From Chiloscyllium plagiosum (lineage: Eukaryota): a DNA stretch of 64,000 nt. Under the pieces are notes generated by a model. The model worked only from the letters and a program-made list of their open reading frames with translations. It was not told where the DNA came from and did not search any database. The stretch spans positions 19,814,117 to 19,878,116 of the forward strand of contig NC_057750.1 of assembly GCF_004010195.1 (NCBI RefSeq), read 5' to 3'. Of the stretch, positions 13,216 through 27,035 are shown piece after piece; the first letter of the stretch is position 1, and every line of letters starts with the position of its first letter. The translations under genes and the position numbers were made by a program.

Positions 13216-14400
13216 AACTCTGGAGCAGATGGGACTTGAACCCGAGCCTCCTAGCCTAGGAGTGGGAATGCCATCACTGGGCCACATTCACTACATTATA
13301 TTCCATCGGCCACTGTTTTAAACATAATTCACATGATGCAACTGATGATATGATGGGATATAGCAAACCCTATTACACTCTGTACATTCATGTTGCAATG
13401 TAATAATATCCAGTCAGAAAACTGCGTTCCCTCAGGGACAAAGTCTCACTGGGCCTGGAAGTATAGACTGGGCAGGGAATGGGGATGTTAATATGCTACC
13501 AAATTAGTTTCTAAATTGCTGCCTAAAAACAGAAATTCACACCTGGTCGTTTTTAATTTTTTAATATGATGTTGCAAGATTTCACAACTCATGAAAATCT
13601 CAATTTTCCCACGAATATGACTCACATTTCTCGACATTAAGTTGCATCTTTGTTAGCACTAGTTGATGTTGCTTTGAAATGGTGTGTTAATTGCTGTAAA
13701 TTGGTCTGAAGTTAATTCTCTGTTGGTATTCAATACATTGATCTCTGAAACTTCAAGTGTACAAACCAATCACAGTATCGAAACAACATACAATGGAAGT
13801 TATAACCTGCCAGCAATAATGTTGTTCACTCAAGCACCTTCAGTCCCATCCGTAGATGGGATATCAGGAATGTCCTTCACTCAGTAAATATTTAATAGTG
13901 AGTATTTATTGAATTTATTCTGGACTTTCGTATGTTGTGGAATTGAACCTTAAAGGACAGGCAGTCTCTTTGCTGTGAATGGGTTCCATTCTGGAGTCTA
14001 TTCGCAAGTCAGAACACAAGTCGGGACACACTCAAGATATTCCAACACTGAATTTCCTTAACTATTAAGCACTCATCCTGCATTACTGTGCTTTGGTCAT
14101 CTGAGGTTAATTTTCTTCCTGGGTTTCAGTTTATTCCATTGTTTGTTTGACCTGCAGGTGGTGCAAATATCGCCAACCCCACATCGAAATGTCAGAGAAA
14201 TCTAAAACACTTTCTTCCTTCACCATATCTAAAGGACTATCTTCAGCTGACAACATTGTCCAATTTCTGAACTCACCAGCACGGGGGACTGGGAATAAAA
14301 GCAGATCTGTTACAATGATTCCTCTAATTTCTCAGCGAGGTGCTCAAATTCGCCAGGACATCAATCCTCTTCCAATCGTTTTTGTTTGTAAAAGTAGATA

Positions 14401-14473
14401 AGCTGGATAGCTCAGTTGGTGGAGTATTGAACTTTTAATATGAGAGACTGAGGTTCAAGTTCTTGTTTCAGCA
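14401..14473 (+). pseudogene. tRNA-Lys(TTT) pseudogene
   Basis: GGATAGCTCAGTTGGTGGAGTATTGAACTTTTAATATGAGAGACTGAGGTTCAAGTTCTTGTTTCAGCA is colinear with vertebrate tRNA-Lys-TTT (anticodon loop CTTTTAA); anticodon and acceptor stems are mismatched. Confidence 0.75.
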
Positions 14474-14494
14474 ATGCTTCAAGAGAAGCTGATA

Positions 14495-14765
14495 GCTCAG
14501 TTATGTTATCACTTGACTATTAATCCAGAAACTCAGCTAATATTCTGTGGACTGACGTTCAAATCGCACCGTGGCTGAGGGTGGAATTTGAATTCAATAA
14601 AAGTATCTGAAGTTAACAGTCTAATTATGATATGAATAGATGATTGGGGGAAGTCTCATCTGGCTCACTAATGCACTTTAGAGAAGGAACCTGTTATTCT
14701 TGCTTGGGCTGGCCTTCATGTGACTCCAGACCCATTGCAATGTGATTAAATCTAAGCTGGCCTAG
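14495..14765 (+). mobile_element. tRNA-derived SINE (family 2)
   Basis: Homologous to 1215-1505. Confidence 0.7.
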
Positions 14766-14839
14766 ACAATAACAGCAACATAACGAGATTAAATTAAAAT
14801 CTCCGAGGGACAATTCTCAATTTAACACTCAATGGACTG

Positions 14840-16650
14840 CATAAAGAGTCATGCAGTTTTATAGCATGCAAAGAGGTTCTTCAGTCCCTCTGCTCCATGC
14901 TAGTCATCCTGCTCCAATCCCATTTCGAGCACTTGGCCTATAGCATTGTATGTCACAACACTTCAAGTGATCATCGAAATATGTCATCGATGCTGTGATA
15001 GCTTCTGCCAAGACCATCCTTTCACTCATTTGGTTCCAGATACCCCTTATCTTCTGGGTGAAAGTATTTTATTAAATCTTCGTTAACATCCTTCCAATTA
15101 TCTTGAATCAATGCCCTCTGGATATCGTCTGCTTGGTGGAATGAGGAACAATGTTTCATCCCATCAATGCCCCTCAAATGACTCAATCAGGTGCCCCTCA
15201 CTCCCCAGACTTTCTGCTTGAAGGTAAACAACCCTGGTTATATCGAGTCTCTGCAGCCTAGACTGTCTTTGTCTGGAGGTAAATATTCAATCCCAAGCAA
15301 TATTATGGTGATTCTCCCCTTCACGCCTCCAGTACTATTACATATTTCTTAGAGTATGGTGAACAGAACTGTACACAGTGCTAGGAGTTTAAATCTCATG
15401 TTGTACCTATACAGGAATTTGGCCAGATCACTGGTTACTAAGTTGGCAGGTGACACCAGAATTGGAGATGTCGTTGACAGCGAAGTGGATTACCTCAGAT
15501 TACAACAGGATCTTGACCAAATGGGCCAATGGGCTGAGAAGTGGCAGATGGGTTTAATTTAGAGAAATGCGAGGTGCTGCATTTTGGGAAAGGAAATCTT
15601 AGCAGGGCTTATATACTTAATGGTAAGGTCCTAGGGAGTGTTGCTGAACAAAGAGATATTGGAGTGCAGGCTATAAAGAGAGGCTGAACAGGCTGGTGCT
15701 CTTTTCCCTATAGCCCCGGAGGCTGAGGGGTGATCTTATAGAGGTTTACAAAATTATGAGGGGCATGGATTGGGTAAATAGACTAAATCTTTTCCCTGGG
15801 GTCGGGGAGTCTAGAAATGGAGGGCATAGGTTTAGGGTGAGAGGGGAAAGATATAAAAGAGACCTAAGCGGCAACTTTGTCACACAGAGGGTGGTACATG
15901 TATGGAATGAGTTGCCAGCGGAAGTGGTGGAGGCTAGTAAAATTGCAACATTTAAGAGGCATTTGGATGGCTATATGAATAGGAAGGGATTGGACGGAAA
16001 TGGGATGGAAGCTGGCAGGTGGGACTAGATTGGGTTGGGATATCTGGACGGGTTGGACCGAAGGGTCTGTTTTCGTGCTGTACATCTCTATGACTCTATG
16101 ACTCTGGGAATAGTGCATACAATTCTGAGTGCCCTTCTATAGGAAGGACGTTGTTAGGTGCTGCACTTAAGAGGGTACAGAAAACATTTACAAGGATGTT
16201 GCTGTGACTGGAAGGTTTGAGTTTCAGGGGGAGGCCAAATCGGTTGCGGCTTTTTTCCCTGGAGTTCAGGAGTGTGATGATTAGCGTTTCAGAGATTTAT
16301 AAAATCATTAGGGGCATGGATAAGGTGAATAGTCGAGGCTTTTTTTCCTAGGGTGGCGCAGTCCAAAACTAGAGGGCATAAATTTAAGGTGAGAGAGGAT
16401 AGATTTAAAAAGGACCTTGAATGGTAGGTTTCTCATGTAGAGTGTGGTGCATGTATGGAATGAGCCGCCAGAGGAGGAGGAGGCTGGTACAATTACAATA
16501 TTTAAAAAGCATCAGGATGGGTGCATGAACAGGAAGAGATTAGAGGGATATGAACCAAATGCTGGTAAATGGGACAAGCTCAGATTGGGATGTCTGGATG
16601 GCATGCATGAGTTGAGCCGAAGGGTCTGTTTCTCTGCTGTCTGACTCGAT
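14840..16650. mobile_element. Cluster of three CR1 3' fragments (~14840-15390 minus; ~15435-16105 plus; ~16105-16650 plus)
   Basis: RT C-terminal peptides (LAGDTRIGDVVDSE, RVVHVWNELP) and CTATGACT tails. Confidence 0.8.
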
Positions 16651-16789
16651 GACCCTGCTCCAGCTCATAGTGAGTGAAATGTTCTGCTTTAAAGAAGGAA
16701 GCTCCTATCCGAGAGTACAAAAGGACAGCTTTGAGGCCTATTTTCATAGTTGGAATAAACTGTCTTGATGCACCATCCTGACCTCTCCG

Positions 16790-17010
16790 CACCCACCCCC
16801 ACTCTGATCTATCACCCTCACCTTAACCTCCTTCCACCTATCGCATTCCCAATGCCCCTCCCCCAAGTCCGTCCTCCGTACCTTTTATCTTAGCCTGCTT
16901 GGCACACTTTCCTCATTCCTGAAGAAGGGCTCATGCCCGAAATGTCGATTCTCCTGCTCCTTGGATGCTGCCTGACCTGCTGCGCTTTTCCAGCAACACA
17001 TTTTCAGCAC
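16790..17010 (+). mobile_element. Penelope-like terminus (family A), ~330 bp upstream of GPCR exon 1
   Basis: CCTGAAGAAGGGCTCATGCCCGAAATGTCGATTCTCCTGCTCC. Confidence 0.75.
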
Positions 17011-17339
17011 CATCGATTGAAAAAAAATTGTGACGTCGGGATGGGGCTCATCGTGTTTGAGTGGACAGTGTTATTTTTGGAAGATTCCAGATTGTGTTTT
17101 GCTATTTCATTACTGAACAGCAACTCTCCTTCAGAATTGGGATTAAACTCGTTGTTGCAATTAGTTTGTTCATGTATAGAAATTTGAAAAACAACAATAA
17201 AGCGAGCAATGCTGCAACCTCAATCTCCCCAAGGAGCTTCCACACAATATACAGCAGCGTCTCTGGGAGTTCATCAGCTCAGACTTTCAAACAAGAAGCT
17301 TGTCAGCTACCTGAAGGGACAGATTACCTCGCACGGAAA

Positions 17340-20300
17340 ATGCATCGACCAATTCAACATGTGGAGAAGGCGTTCTACACAGTCCTTGCCTTTATTGGAA
17401 TCCCTGGTATGGCATTATGATAATTGTAATTGTTTTTATCTGATGCTGATTTACTCTCTGGTTTTAACTTTAGAACCATAATGTCACCAGCTCCCTGAAT
17501 TGTCAGTCTTATCCAGACACTAGAACAGTGACATCAATTCATGGAGTACCATTCTCGGTACAATTCTCCACTGGCAGAGACTCCTAGCTTCACTGCGCCT
17601 GCAGCATTTTTTGATCACAGTGTTCTGTTATCGGCTCTGGTTTCTTACAGTTTTAGAGACATGAAGATAGATCATACAAGTTAGTTCTGAAGATGTGTCA
17701 ACGTACGTGAATTATGAACAGTACTTTTTATCACATAGATGCTGCCAATGTTGCTGAGCAATTTCTGTTTTTGTTAAACAAATGAGATCATTTTTCTCAA
17801 TAATTTTGAATGTCAAGGGATGCTCTGAGCGAAGTTCTACAAGGTATTAAAAGGAAAAGACATAAAAAGGTGAGGTTTATAAGACCACAAGACTATAAGA
17901 CTTTGGAGCAGAAATTAGGCTCTTCAGTCCATCGAGTCTGCTCTGCCATTCACTCATGGCTTATAAGGTTCTTAACTCCATTCTCCCACTTTCTCCCCAT
18001 AAAACTTGATCTCCCCATAACACTTGATATTCAGGAACATATCTATCTCAGTTTTAAATATACTCAATCACCTGGCCTCCACAGCTGTCTGTGGCAATGA
18101 ATTACATAGATTCACCAGTATCTGGCTAAAGATGTTTCTCCTTATCTCTGTTCTAAAAAAAGTCTTCCATTTATGCTAAGGCTGTACCCATGTGTCCTAG
18201 TTTCTTCCATCAGTGAAAGCATCTTCCCAACATCCACTCTGTCTAGGCCATGCAGTATTCTATATGTTTCAATTAGATCCACGCTCATCTTTCTGAACTC
18301 CATTGTATACAAACCCAAAGTCCTCAACCGTTCCTCATATGTTAACTTTTCATTTCTGGCACCATTCTTGTGAACCTCGTCTGAAGAAGCTCATGGCCAC
18401 CACATCCTTCCTGAGATATGTGGTCCAAAACTGCATACCATAGTCCAAATGTAGTCTGACTAGACCGTTGTAGAGCCTCAGAAGTACACCCCTGCATTTA
18501 TATTTCCATTGGTTAGGGCTTCTTGAATGAGGAAACATAGTCTGAGAATGAATTTCAGAGCATGCAAAAGACTTACTAGGATACACCTCGACACACAAAA
18601 GATGGGAGAGATTTGGAACTGTCTTCCACAAATGGCAGCGAATGCTGAGTCAGTTGGTCAGTTTCAAAGATAATTTTGGATTTTTTTTGTTAAGGAAAGG
18701 AATTGAAAAATATGCACCTAATTTGAGTTGTAAAGTTTAATCTAACTACCATCCCTTCTGGAAACTCTCCCTTCTGCACCAATTCTCGTCAGGAGATTTA
18801 AATCTTTACAGATTGCCATCCTGGTTCGGTGCATCGAGACGTTTGTCATGCACAGGTATGTTGATTTACAGTAAAAATATCACAGCAGTCCTAACATTCA
18901 TATGTTGTCACAAAGGGAGCCCTGCATGCTCTGTTATGCTGCAATTCTGCCCTGCATGCTCTGTTATGCTGCAATTCTGTAAGACACACGGAGTAGTCTT
19001 GTTTAAAATCTTACACAGTATCTGATGACCTGTTTCTCGGTTCTGTTGTGGCACTGATCAGTACTTGGGTCAATGCCAAGAGCAGGGGATAACCTGATCC
19101 AAGAAGGGTGGAATTAGGTTTGTCAACAGTCCAGTCACCAGTCATATGACTGATTTGGGAGCAAGGTTTAGAATGGGGTTCTGCTTCTGGCAGAGTTGGA
19201 GCTAAGAACTTTTAGAATCTATTGCAGTCATTCAAATAGTATACTTGGCAACAAGCAAAATCACTGATTTCCTTATTTTCTCCTAGGATGGCCATGAACT
19301 TAATTCCTGTCCAAACTCCATAATCTCTGCAGTGATTATGCTGGTGAACAATCTGAGATGGGTGTGATAATCTTACGATTTAAACATAATCAACCTGAAA
19401 AAAGTCTACTCACACAATGTGCCAGATTTGGTGGTAAATTCTTATTGTTTCTATCTGGAAAAGGCAGGGGCATTTCTGATCAGTAATTCGCCGCTTCTTT
19501 TCCTATTTGTCTTCCACAGTTAATTTTCTGGCGATTGTGATCCTTGCCGGGGGCAAGTGCGGTCTTTCCCCTTGCACCACTCACTACCTGGTGGTTATGG
19601 CAGCTGCAGATCTGCTGGTTATTTTCACTGAGATTATAATTTGGAGATTTCCCTATTATTATTATGGACAGTCTTTTCTGGATATCACTCCTGTGTGTAG
19701 TGCTACTGGGGTCCTGTTACGGACTGCCAGGGACTGCTCTGTCTGGTTCACCATCACTTTCTCCTTTGACCGATTTGTGACCATTTGTTGTCAGAAACTG
19801 AGAACAAAATATTGCACTAAGAAAACTGCAACAGTGGTTCTAGCAACAACCTGCACCATGTCCTGTCTGAAAAGCATTCCTTTCTATTTTCAATATGAAC
19901 CTTGGATAATAATCAATGATGTGCCATTCTATTGTGAAACAAAGTCAAGCTACTATAATGAGACTTGGTGGGTGGCAATAGATTGGCTTGATACAGTTTT
20001 GAACCCTTTACTGCCATTTGCTTTAATTCTGTTGCTCAACGCTCTGACAGTCAGACACATTTTAGTGACCAGTCGAATCCGGAAGAGGCTGAAGGGAGAA
20101 AGCAAAGTGGAGCAGCGCAAAGATCCAGAGATGGAGAGCAGAAAGAAGTCTGTGATTTTGCTCTTCACCATATCTGGGAGCTTCATCCTCCTGTGGTTAA
20201 TCTATGTTATAAATTTCCTGTATTATGTCATTCAAGGAATCAATCCTGATGAGTACTCACCTTTTCTACATCACTTCAGTAGAGTTGGCTTTATGCTACA

Positions 20301-20421
20301 GATCCTAAGTTGTTGCACAAACACATTTATTTATGCAGCAACATTGTCTCGTTTCAGAGCAAAGTTAAGTAACTCAGCAAAATATCTGGTCCCAAAAATT
20401 CCTTGTGTGATGAATAAATAA
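17340..20421 (+). CDS. GPR139-like: GPR139/GPR142-like orphan class A GPCR, 2 exons: join(17340..17406,19520..20421), 322 aa
   Basis: Exon 1 MHRPIQHVEKAFYTVLAFIGIP ends at donor G|GTATGG; a pyrimidine tract and CCACAG| acceptor at 19519 give a phase-1 join (G|TT = Val, PVNFLAIVIL). Seven TM segments with MAAADLLV, SVWFTITFSFDRFVTIC, PLLPF and SCCTNTFIY; no internal stops. Confidence 0.9.
17880..18515 (-). mobile_element. Intronic CR1 3' fragment
   Basis: Minus-strand peptides LYNGLVRLHLDYGMQFW and DLIETYRILHGLDRVD. Confidence 0.8.
18919..18979. repeat. Perfect 30-bp tandem duplication
   Basis: GCCCTGCATGCTCTGTTATGCTGCAATTCT x2. Confidence 0.95.
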
Positions 20422-20479
20422 AACGTCTTTGTGAAGCACAGAGGAGGCACCTATTGTTTCCAGACTATGAAATTATAAT

Positions 20480-20985
20480 TCTTTTATTCACTCGTGTGAA
20501 ATGGGTGTCATATGCTGGGTCAGCATTTATTATCTGTGCCTAGTTTCCCCAAGAGAAGGTGATAGTAATCTGTCTTCTTGAAGCACTACAGTCCATGTGA
20601 TGTGGGAAGAGCCACAGTGCCCTTAGGGAGGGAATTCCAGGATTTTGGCACAGTGAGAATCTGTAATATATTTCCAAGTCAGAATGATAAGTGCCTTTGA
20701 TGGAGAATTTCAGCAGCATGTGTTCCCATTAACTTGCTGCCCTTGTCCTTCTCAATGAAATGGTTTCTGGGTAAGGAAGTTCCTGTCTAAGGATCTTTGG
20801 TGAATTTTGACAGTGCATTTTGTAGATAGTGTGCACTGCTGCTACTCAGCTTCAGTGGTAGAGGGAGTGAATGTTTGTGGGTAAGGTGCCAAATGAGCAG
20901 GTGTCCTGGATGGTGTTGAACTTCTTGAGTATTGTTCAAGTTTCACCCATCCAGGCAAATGGGGCGTATTCCATCACATTTTGAT
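20480..20985 (-). mobile_element. 3' end of the second CR1-clade LINE family, just downstream of the GPCR stop codon
   Basis: Reverse complement of the tail found at 32800-33330 and 52500-53000. Confidence 0.7.
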
Positions 20986-21717
20986 AGAGAGTCCTTATTC
21001 AAATGCAGGGTGAGAGTTGCAGCTCCCCCATTGTCACACAATCCTAAGGAATTTTCCTGGAAAATGGAATTTCCTACTGGGTAATTGGCATCAGCTTCAA
21101 ATCCTCTGTAATTCTCCATCAAAATCAAATCCTTCAGAGGGTTCTGATGAAATTAACGAGAACTGTTAATTTGAAAATGTTCCATTATTAAATATGTGGT
21201 CTCACTCCTCAGCAACAATTAAACAGATCCCATACTAATATCTCAAACAGCCAACTGTGAGCAATTTTTACGTGAGAAATTCTCACATTTGATTACAAGA
21301 CATTATCAGAATATACCAATTAAACATTTATTTATGCTGCAATATTGTCTCATATCAGTAAAACAGTAAAGTACCATGTTACATGAATTCCTTGTATTAC
21401 GAATAAATAAGATTTATCTATGATAAAAAAAAATGGCAAGGCTCCCTACCTGTCAGTATTAATCCCCAATTCCAATGAGTTGCTTCTCCACTGCAGTCTA
21501 ATCAGAATTTCCTGTTATGGGGTGATGAGTCAAAATATGCAACCAAGTTCCCTTGTGTAGAAAGGGATACAATGTTAACCTCTGCTGGCCTCTCCATTCC
21601 AATGCAGGCTGGTGGTAGAGGGTGAATATTCTCAAGAATTCAATCAGAGAGGGAGGACTGTAGCTCACAGTACCATCCAAACTGACAGCACCATAAACAC
21701 ACACACATGCACACAGA

Positions 21718-21912
21718 CAGCGACTGCAGGACCTGGAGATCAGAGTTAAGAGTGTGGTGCTGGAAAAGCACAGCAGGTCAGACAATATCCAAGGAGCAGG
21801 GCAAACAATGTTTTATGCATAAACCCTTCTTGATGAAGGTCTTATGCCCGAAACATCGATTCTCTGGCTCTTCTGATGCTTCCTGACCTATTGTGCTTTT
21901 CCAGCACCACAT
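21718..21912. mobile_element. Inverted pair of Penelope family A termini
   Basis: GTGTGGTGCTGGAAAAGCACAGCAGGTCAG ... CTGACCTATTGTGCTTTTCCAGCACCACA. Confidence 0.75.
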
Positions 21913-22207
21913 TCCCTACATACAAGGCCGGTGTTGAGAGTTTTGCAATTGGACTGAGATCCCTCAGTGTGAAACATGGTCATGCAGGGAAATGTTGTAC
22001 ACCCTCTGCAATGCAAAATGACTTGTCTTTGAGAAATATTCCTGACATTATACACATTTAGTAGAGTATTTCACACTGCAGTTGTATCCAGGCACTTCCA
22101 ATTTAACAGGTCCATAAGGAGACAGGGTAAATTTTATTGCACTTCCTGAAGCTTACAATGTTTTCTGATGCAGTCTTATAGATTCTAACTGAGAAAGAAT
22201 TCAAAAG

Positions 22208-23082
22208 GATGTGGTGTATATGGATTTCAGTAATGCATTTAATAAGCTTCCCCATGGGAGGGAATTGCAAAAAATATGGAGGCATGGGATTGAGGGTGAT
22301 TTAATGGTTTATATCAGAAATTGGCTAGCTGAAAGAAGACAGAGGGTGGTGCTTGATGGGAATGTTCATCCTGAAATTCAGTTACTAGTGGTGTAACGCA
22401 AGGATCTGATTTGGGTGCACTGCTATTTGTCATTTTCATAAATGACCTGGATGAGGGCATAGAAGGATGGGCTAGTAAATTTGAGGATGACACTAAGGTT
22501 GGTGGAGTTGTGGATAGTGCTGGAGGATGTTACAGGTTCCAGAGCTGGGCTGACAGGTCGCAAATGCAGTTTTATGCAGAAAAGTGTAAGGCGATTCACT
22601 TTGGAAGGAGCAATAGGAATACAGAAAACTGGGCTAATGGTAAGATCCTTGGTAGTGCAGATGAGCAGCAAGATCTAGGTGTCCATATACACAGATCCCT
22701 GAAAGTCGCCACCCAGGTTGATAGGGTTGTTAATAAGGCAAGTGATGTGTTAGCTTTTATTGGTAGAGGGATTAGGTTTCTGAGCCATGAGGTCATGTTG
22801 CAACTGTAGAAAACACTGGGGCGGCTGCCATTGGAGTATTGCATACAGTTTTGATCACTGCATTATAGGATGTGGAAGCTTTGGTAAGGGTGCAGAGGAG
22901 ATTTAACAGAGTGTTGCCTGGTATGGAGAGAAGATTTTGTGAGGAAAAGGTGAGGGACTTGAGGCTGTTTTCATTCGAGAGAAGAAGGTTAAGAGGTGAC
23001 GTAATTGAGATGTGTAAGATAATCAGAGGGCTAGATAAGGTGGACAGTGAGAACATTTATCCTCAGAGAGTGATGGCTAGTG
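22208..23082 (+). mobile_element. CR1 RT fragment
   Basis: YMDFSNAFNKLPH, LFVIFINDLDEG, KFEDDTK. Confidence 0.85.
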
Positions 23083-23424
23083 TGGGAAAAGATTTGCCAC
23101 CCAGCCAACCCAAGATAGGCCCACAAAAGCAAAATTGGCCAATGGTAACAAAAGCACCCAGAATGACTCAGCAGGAACAAAGCAGGTAGACAAGACAAAC
23201 CAGACAGCCCACAAAAACAAGGGAATACACTTCACGCTCCCACTAACAATGACAGAGCACCACAGATATCCCAAAGCCCCAAGGGCAATTTCACAACCGA
23301 CTAATACCAAAGCCACACAAAGTGCAGGTCAGACAGAAAGGCACCAGCAAGAGCACTACTCCTAGGACAAGACAATGGAAGCACCTCACCACTTCAGAGG
23401 AGACATATTAACACCGATGCAACA

Positions 23425-23985
23425 TGGATATTCCAGGAAGGATGCAGCTGGTCAAACCAGTTCATTTTAAACAAAACAGGACTTATTTACAAGATTACCG
23501 AATGAACCATAAACAAAAGAGAACAGAATACCAAATTACTTAACCCATGTGAAAACCGAGAACATTTTCTAGCTTAATGATACGGTTCCAATACTTGCAA
23601 CAATCCCCATAAACACCCTTAGCACAAAAGAAAAGTCCAACAAATGGTCTTACAGGAGAGGTATCAGAGAGAGAGGAGGATGAACATAGACCTGCTTCTT
23701 TGGTCCAGTAGCTTTACCAACAGGTTGATTGCTTTCAGTGAATAGCAAGACTGCCAAAAGTGGCCACTCCCTTTCATTTACTTTTTTTTCAACTTATAAG
23801 TTTTTTGCCTGAGGCACTATCTCTTAGTTATAAGAAAATTGGTCCGAAAACCCATCCAAGTCAACACTTTTCGGAACCTGTGTTTTTATGACCAATGAAA
23901 AAAACACAAGGACAACAAAACATTGTTCAAAGAGCAGAATAATCACAAATACCCCCTTAAAATAAGGAAACATCAATATCCAAAC
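23425..23985. repeat. Unclassified dispersed repeat (LTR-like); second copy at ~30305-30612
   Basis: GGATATT.CAGGA..GATGCAGCTGGTCAAACCA and CCAATACTTGCAACAATCCCCATAAAC are shared by both loci. Confidence 0.6.
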
Positions 23986-23991
23986 ATGGTT

Positions 23992-24298
23992 CAGGCGATT
24001 GACTGTGTGGAGTTTGCACGTTTTCCCCGTGTCTGCGTGGATTTCCTCCGGGTGCTCCGGTTTCCTCCCACAGTCCAAAGATGTGCAGGTCAGGTGAATT
24101 GGTGTGGTGAAAGGGTTAAAATTGTGTCCCAATACATGTGTGAATCTAACCGAAAATGGAAGGTGTCGCTTCCCGTAGTGCTAGGTAAGGGGTAAATGTA
24201 AGGGTATGGGTTGCGCTTCGGCGGGTCGGTGTGGACTTGTTGGGCTGAAGGGCCTGTTTCCACACTGTAATGTAATCTAATGTAATCTAAAATCTAAT
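23992..24298 (+). mobile_element. 5'-truncated HE1-type SINE
   Basis: HE1 body and (TAATC)n tail; TSD CATGGTT at 23985-23991 and 24299-24305. Confidence 0.85.
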
Positions 24299-24574
24299 CA
24301 TGGTTTCATTTTAAAGCCCCTTCATCTTATATAGTTAGTAATCTACAACACACATACACATTACATTGACAGTAATTATGCAAATATGCCATACTGCATT
24401 TTGTTTCAGTCTATTTTATTCCTGCTACCAAATGCCTCAATTTCTCAATCAAGTCTTGACAATGCATCAGAAATCATATTTTCTTGTCCTGTCACGCGCA
24501 CAATCTTTACATTGAATGGCTGGAACAACATTGGTGCATAAGAAGGAGTGTTATCAGTTCTCGAAAGTGTCAAA

Positions 24575-26055
24575 ATATGAATGTCCCTTGGGCCAAATGG
24601 ATTCTCTGGGAAGCCGGGGAGGAGATTGCCGAGTCTTTGGCTTTGATGTTTACGTTGTCATTGTCTGCAGGAATAGTGCCAAATGACCTATGGATAGCAA
24701 ATGGCGCTCCCTTATTCAAGAAGGAGAGTAGAGACAACCCTGGTAATTACTGACCAGTAAGCCTTACTTCAGTTGTGGATAAAATGTAGGAAAAAGTTAT
24801 AAGAGATAGGACTTATAATCATCCAGAGAGGAATGTGTTGATTAGGGACAGTCAGCACGGTTTTGTGAAGGGTAGGTCATGCCTCACAAATCTTATTGAG
24901 TTCTTTGAGAAGGTGACCAAACAGGTAGATGAGGGTAAAGCGGTTGAAGTGGTGTGTATGGATTTCAGTAAGGTGTTTGATAAGATTTCTCGCAGTAGAA
25001 TTATTGCACAATATACAGAGGCATGGGATTGAGGGTGATTTAGCAGTTTGGATCAGAAATTGGCCAGCAGAAAGAAGACAGAGAGTGGTGATAGATGGGA
25101 AATATTCATCCTGGAATTCAGTCACGAGTGGGGAACTGCAAGGATCTGTTTTGGGTCCACTGTTGTTTGTCCTTTATACAAATGACCTGGATGAGGGAAT
25201 AGAAGGATGGGTTAGTACATTTGCGGATGACACTAAGATTGGAGGATTTGTGGATAGTGACGAATGATGTTGTAAGTTACAGAGGGACATAGATAAGCTG
25301 CAGAGCTGGCAAATGGAGTTTAATATGGAAAAATGTGAGGTGATTAACTTTGGAAGGAGTAACAGGAATCAGAGTACTGGGCTCATGGTGAGATTCTTGG
25401 TTGTGTAGATGAGCAAAGAGATCTCGGTGCAGAGATGCATTGATCCCTGAAAGTTGCCACTCTGGTTGATAGAATTGTTAAGAAGGTATACAGTGTGTTA
25501 GCTTTTATTGTTATAGGAACTGAATTTTGGAACCATGAGATCATGCTGCAGCTGTACAAAACTGTGATGCGGCCGCACTTGGAGTATTGTGTACAGTTCT
25601 TGTCACTGCATAATAGGAAGGATGTGGAAGCTTTGGAAAGGTTTCAGAGGAGATTTACTAGGATGTTACCTGGTATGGAGAGCAGGTCTTACTTGGAAAG
25701 GCTGAGGAATGTGAGGCAGTTTTTGTTAGTGAGAAGAAGGTTGAGAGGTGACTTAATTGAAATATATAAGACAATCAGAGGGTTAGGTAGGTTGGACAGT
25801 GAAAGCCGTTTTCCTTGGATGATGATGGCTAGCACGCGGGGACATAGCTTAAACTAGAGGAGTGATAGATACAGGACAGATGTCAGAGGTAGTTTCTTCA
25901 CTCATGGTAACTCACCAACTTTATGAGCATTGTCATGGTCATTGGATAGGCAAATGGTCGAGAATGGAGTAGTGTAGGTTAGAAGGGCTTCAGATTGGTT
26001 CCACAGGTCGGTACAACATTGAGGGCCAAAGGGCCTCCACGGCGCTGTAATGTTC
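24575..26055 (+). mobile_element. CR1 LINE, RT domain to 3' end
   Basis: QHGFVKGRSCLTNLIEFF, QGSVLGPLLF, FADDTK. Confidence 0.9.
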
Positions 26056-26715
26056 TTCAAAGTCTAACAGAGCTGTGAAGTGCTTCCCATTAGTGAAAAC
26101 ATGACAATTCTCAACTTGGTACAACAACAAACAAAATTGTATGCTGAGGTTGCTAAGATGTATGGCAAGAATAAATCTTCCATTCGTGAGGTCATGAAGA
26201 ACAAAATAAAACTTCATTCTACTTTTGCTGTGGCACCTCAAATTATGAACGTAATGTGTACTGTGTATGATAAGGTGTTAGTTAAGATGGAAAAATCATT
26301 ACATTTGTGGGTTGAAGATATAAACAGCAAACATATGCCCATTGACAGTAACATATTCGAGTAAAAGGCTTTAAGTCTATCCAAAGACTTTCAGAAACAA
26401 TCCACTGAAGTGAAGGATACCAAGCCATTTACAGCAAGTAAGGGATGGTTGCACAGATTCAGGAACAGGCTTAATTGGATAAATACAAGAAGTACTGGAG
26501 AGATTGCATTTGCCAATGAAGAAGCTGGTGCCACGTTTCCTGCAGAATTTAACAAGTTGATGGAGAAGGAAGGCTCCTGTTGATGCACATTTTGTTCCAC
26601 AAATCCGCATGATACCAGTTTCTATAAAATGGTAGATGCTTTATTATTGGACAGCTGGTGAGAGATTCTCAATGTCCCCAAAAGTAGTCTTAAGTCTACT
26701 TGTGGTGACACAAGT

Positions 26716-27035
26716 GGGCATTACGGTGGCACAGTGGTTAGCACTGCTGCCTCACAGTGCCGGAGACCCGGGTTCAATTCCCGCCTCAGGCGACTGACTG
26801 TGTGGCGTTTGCACGTTCTTCCGGTGTCTGCGTGGGTTTCCTCTGGGTGCTCCAGTTTCCTCCCACAGTCCAAAGATGTGCAGGTCAGGTGAATTGGCCA
26901 TGCTAAATTGCCCGTAGTGTTAGGTAAGGGGCAAATGTAGGGGTATGGGTGGGTTGCGCTTCGGCGGGTCGGTGTGGACTTGTTGGGCCGAAGGGCCTGT
27001 TTCCACACTGTAATGTAATGTAATCTAATCTAATC
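26716..27035 (+). mobile_element. Full-length, well-preserved HE1-type SINE
   Basis: A box TGGCACAGTGG, B box GGTTCAATTCC, (TAATC)n tail. Confidence 0.9.

Noticed and set aside
13220..13285. Possible tRNA gene on the minus strand
   Set aside because: Only A/B-box-like remnants with no recognisable cloverleaf; likely a SINE head.
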